Under the pieces are notes generated by a model that worked only from the letters and a program-made list of their open reading frames with translations, had not been told where the DNA came from and did no database searches. The position numbers and the translations under genes were made by a program. 64,000 nucleotides of DNA from Candidatus Margulisiibacteriota bacterium (GTDB taxonomy: Bacteria > Margulisbacteria > Marinamargulisbacteria > JBFWNS01), in the NCBI GenBank assembly GCA_050250935.1, contig JBFWNS010000005.1, positions 11,523 to 75,522 of the forward strand, read 5' to 3'. Positions 61,222-64,000 of the stretch are shown one piece after another. How positions within the stretch are numbered: position 1 is the stretch's first letter; every line of letters begins with the position of its first letter.

Positions 61222-62390
61222 GTGTTTTTTTGCTGTTGCTGGTGATTTTGGTAAAGCAGAATTAAAAAAAGCAAAATGTGTAGCACCATCCATTTTTGGC
61301 GCACCGAAATGCCTAAATTGAAATTGGTAAGCCCCAACATGGCAGAACCAAATAGCCAATAAAAAAAGAAAAGTTTGGGGTAAAATTCTCGGGTTTTAAT
61401 AATATAGGCCCAAAACCGAAGGTTAAATAGGTCGCGACACAGCCACAACAAAATCAGATTTTCGAAAGAGACAATCAGCATCAGTGCGTTTTTGGCATCA
61501 AAAAAGAGTGGTCTAAATGAGAAGGCAAAGATTTTTTCGGGGAAGCTTGCGTGGGATAAATCCACTTTAGAGTTTGAAGGGTTGTGGCCAGATCGGATGT
61601 CAATGTAGGCATTGAGTTGATCTAGGTTCGAGAGATTCGGGAGGCCAACATATCGTAAAATCATGACGGTACTCGAGGCTATCGTTAGGCCTATAAGAAT
61701 GAGTAAAACCATTTTTTTGAAGCTGAAAATACTGCTTTCTGAAAAAACGAGTCCAAAGGCATATCCTAGCAATAAAAGCCCAAAAATATGGGGCCTCATG
61801 GCGAGTACGACAAATCCCCCTAGGCCAAAGGTTAGTATTTTTTTTAAGGGATGGTCTGCACGACTTAAAAATAGCCCAATGCCCAGCTGAATCAGAGAGT
61901 CTTTGCCGAGGGCGCAGCTCCAAAAATGGAAGCCTGGCAGCAGAAAAATACCATTTAAAATGCGGTGTTGAGCTGGATATTGGAGTTTTTCATGAATTTT
62001 TAAATACAGGCAAAAAAGACCAATGAAGCCCAAAAGGCCAAAAATGGTGGTCACAGAAAAATACCCAAGCCCAAAAAAATGAATAAAAGGATAGGTTACA
62101 GCAACCACAGCCCTGGTTCCCAGGCGCTTGGGGATGGTCCAGTGATCCAGTACAAAGGCATCTTTGAAATAGAGGGTGGCATCGGCCGTCATCCCATTGG
62201 CTGAAAGATAGGCATAAAAGAGGCCAAACACCACATGCAGGCACAGCACAAAGGTTAAAAAACCGGCCTTTAAATGGGGCTTTCGAAGGACTAGCCACCG
62301 GTAGAAAAAGTAAATGCCAACGGGCAATAGTAAAAAGAAAACGATATCCGGTAACCCGTAGGCAACCAAAAGGGCTCTATACTCGGACAT
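61218..62390 (-). CDS. Polytopic membrane protein, possible Wzy-like polymerase
   Basis: About 10 TM segments, DATLY, GKDS, RPH, RQKWM; located in the polysaccharide locus. Confidence 0.6.
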   Translation of the reverse strand: MSEYRALLVAYGLPDIVFFLLLPVGIYFFYRWLVLRKPHLKAGFLTFVLCLHVVFGLFYAYLSANGMTADATLYFKDAFVLDHWTIPKRLGTRAVVAVTYPFIHFFGLGYFSVTTIFGLLGFIGLFCLYLKIHEKLQYPAQHRILNGIFLLPGFHFWSCALGKDSLIQLGIGLFLSRADHPLKKILTFGLGGFVVLAMRPHIFGLLLLGYAFGLVFSESSIFSFKKMVLLILIGLTIASSTVMILRYVGLPNLSNLDQLNAYIDIRSGHNPSNSKVDLSHASFPEKIFAFSFRPLFFDAKNALMLIVSFENLILLWLCRDLFNLRFWAYIIKTREFYPKLFFFYWLFGSAMLGLTNFNLGISVRQKWMVLHILLFLILLYQNHQQQQKNT

Positions 62391-64000
62391 TTTCGTTTTC
62401 GGTTAACCAAAGTTGAAACATTAAAACGGTCCATAAACAATAGGCCCAATTGTGTTTGCCGGATAAATGGTCCTGCCATTTTTGTTGAATCAAATCGGTG
62501 TTTAAATACCCTTGTCTTTTTAAGATCGCAGGGTCCAGTATGCTGTTGGCCCACTCTTTTAATGGGCCTCTAAGCCAGTTGCCCAAAGGAATGCTGAACC
62601 CCATTTTGGGGCGTTCAATCAGGTGTTTAGGCACATGTTGATACAGAATTTCTCGCAAGAGCCATTTGCTTTGGCCGTCTTTGTATTTCATGGATAAAGG
62701 CAGGCTTTGGGCGAATTCGATAATGGTATGGTCTAGAAAAGGGGCTCGGCTTTCCAAAGAAACGGCCATGGCGGCTCGGTCTACTTTCACCATAATATCG
62801 TCGGGCAGATAGGTCAGGGTGTCGACACACATGAGTTTGGAAATGGGGTCCAAATCTGGGAAACATTCAACGAGATCGTGAATTCTGTCCGGAGGCGGTG
62901 TAGAAGCGTCTAGGCCCAGAACCGTGGTTTCGTTGGCAGACCACTGCCGAATCAGTTGTTGGTAAACGCCCTCTATCGATCTGCTGTTTAAAATTTGAGC
63001 TCCTTTGTGCAATTTGTGGCCAGGAGACGACATTTGTAGCGAACCGGGTAAAAAGGGTGTTAATAGTTTCAGGGTGGTATCAAAGACCTGTGGTGGGATG
63101 CCCAAGATCATCGATTTGCTTAAAGACCGAATGGGCATCGGAATCCGGCTGATGCTTTTCCAGAAGTTTTTGGTAAAGGTGTATCGGTTGTACCCGCAAA
63201 AAATCTCGTCGCCCCCATCGCCAGACAGGGAAATGGTCACGTGTTTTTTGGCCAGTTCGGCAACCAAAAAAGTGGGGATTTGCGAGGAATCTGCAAAGGG
63301 TTCGTCGTAAATGCTGCTTAATCGGGGGATAACCGAATAGGCCTGTTCGGGCGATACGATCAATTCGGTATGGTCTGTGCCCAAATGCTTGGCCACAGAT
63401 TTTGCAAAAGGTGCTTCGTTGAATGCGGCTTCTGAAAAACCAATGGAGAATGTTTTGATGGGCGAGGTTGACTGTTTTTGCGCCAAGGCAACAATCAGCG
63501 ACGAGTCCACACCGCCAGACAGAAACGCCCCTGCTGGAACATCGGCTATTAATTGATTGGCAATGGTGGTCGACAGTTTTGCTTCTAGTTCGCTTACGGC
63601 GTCTTGAGGGGATCCTTGAAATGGTTTTTTTTGTGCGGCGTTAACGGTTTCTTGTAAAGACCAATAGGGCACAATGGTTTCAGCTGTCTGGGATTTAGAG
63701 AGGGTTAACAAGTTCCCAGGAAGCAATTTAAACATATCAGCATAAATGGCATAGGGCGCTGGTACATAGCCATATTGCATAAACCAAGACAGGGCCTCTC
63801 GATTAATGGGGTTGGCAAAATGCGGATGGCGTCGAATGGCTTTGAGTTCGGAAGCAAATACAAAAGATCGGTTTTGGCCACTTCCCACCCAACCGTAATA
63901 CAAGGGTTTTTCGCCAATACGGTCTCGGCCCAAGGTTAGGGTTTGGGTTTGCTTGTCCCAGAGGGCAAAGGCAAACATGCCGGTACAGCGCTGTAGGGTG
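62377..64000 (-). CDS. asnB: Asparagine synthase-like glutamine amidotransferase (5'-partial)
   Basis: GMFAFALWD, RDRIGEKPLYY, FLSGGVDSS, SGDGGDE, KVDRAAM, ESRAPFLD. The frame is open to the window edge. Confidence 0.92.
   Translation of the reverse strand, partial: TLQRCTGMFAFALWDKQTQTLTLGRDRIGEKPLYYGWVGSGQNRSFVFASELKAIRRHPHFANPINREALSWFMQYGYVPAPYAIYADMFKLLPGNLLTLSKSQTAETIVPYWSLQETVNAAQKKPFQGSPQDAVSELEAKLSTTIANQLIADVPAGAFLSGGVDSSLIVALAQKQSTSPIKTFSIGFSEAAFNEAPFAKSVAKHLGTDHTELIVSPEQAYSVIPRLSSIYDEPFADSSQIPTFLVAELAKKHVTISLSGDGGDEIFCGYNRYTFTKNFWKSISRIPMPIRSLSKSMILGIPPQVFDTTLKLLTPFLPGSLQMSSPGHKLHKGAQILNSRSIEGVYQQLIRQWSANETTVLGLDASTPPPDRIHDLVECFPDLDPISKLMCVDTLTYLPDDIMVKVDRAAMAVSLESRAPFLDHTIIEFAQSLPLSMKYKDGQSKWLLREILYQHVPKHLIERPKMGFSIPLGNWLRGPLKEWANSILDPAILKRQGYLNTDLIQQKWQDHLSGKHNWAYCLWTVLMFQLWLTENENVRV

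Overview
A 64 kb bacterial chromosomal segment that is mostly housekeeping and cell-envelope genes. It carries hemA/hemC/S41 protease, rdgB-rel-recJ-accB, rho-cysS-LPS glycosyltransferases, alr, ftsL-ftsI, a pyruvate dehydrogenase operon (aceE-aceF-lpdA) with a divergent lipoate ligase, a four-gene UbiA-GtrA-DprE1-DprE2 (polyprenyl-P-arabinose-type) cassette, and a surface-polysaccharide locus that runs off the right edge. A 23S-5S rRNA unit has its own promoter and no adjacent 16S. 23S signatures tentatively suggest a non-photosynthetic relative of Cyanobacteria (e.g. Margulisbacteria); this is inference only. The most unusual content is fourfold. (i) Orphan helical proteins, including a 3364-aa protein with an internal duplication and a divergent three-gene locus whose 969-aa product has a Cys cluster, a 19-aa repeat array and a 34-aa repeat array. 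(ii) A double-hairpin DNA element tandemly duplicated with a tRNA 5' half at the left edge and recurring after lpdA. (iii) Several genes with a -10 box directly before the ATG. (iv) A GT4-aminotransferase fusion. No CRISPR array, transposase or integrase was seen. All calls come from motif recognition by eye; no searches were run.
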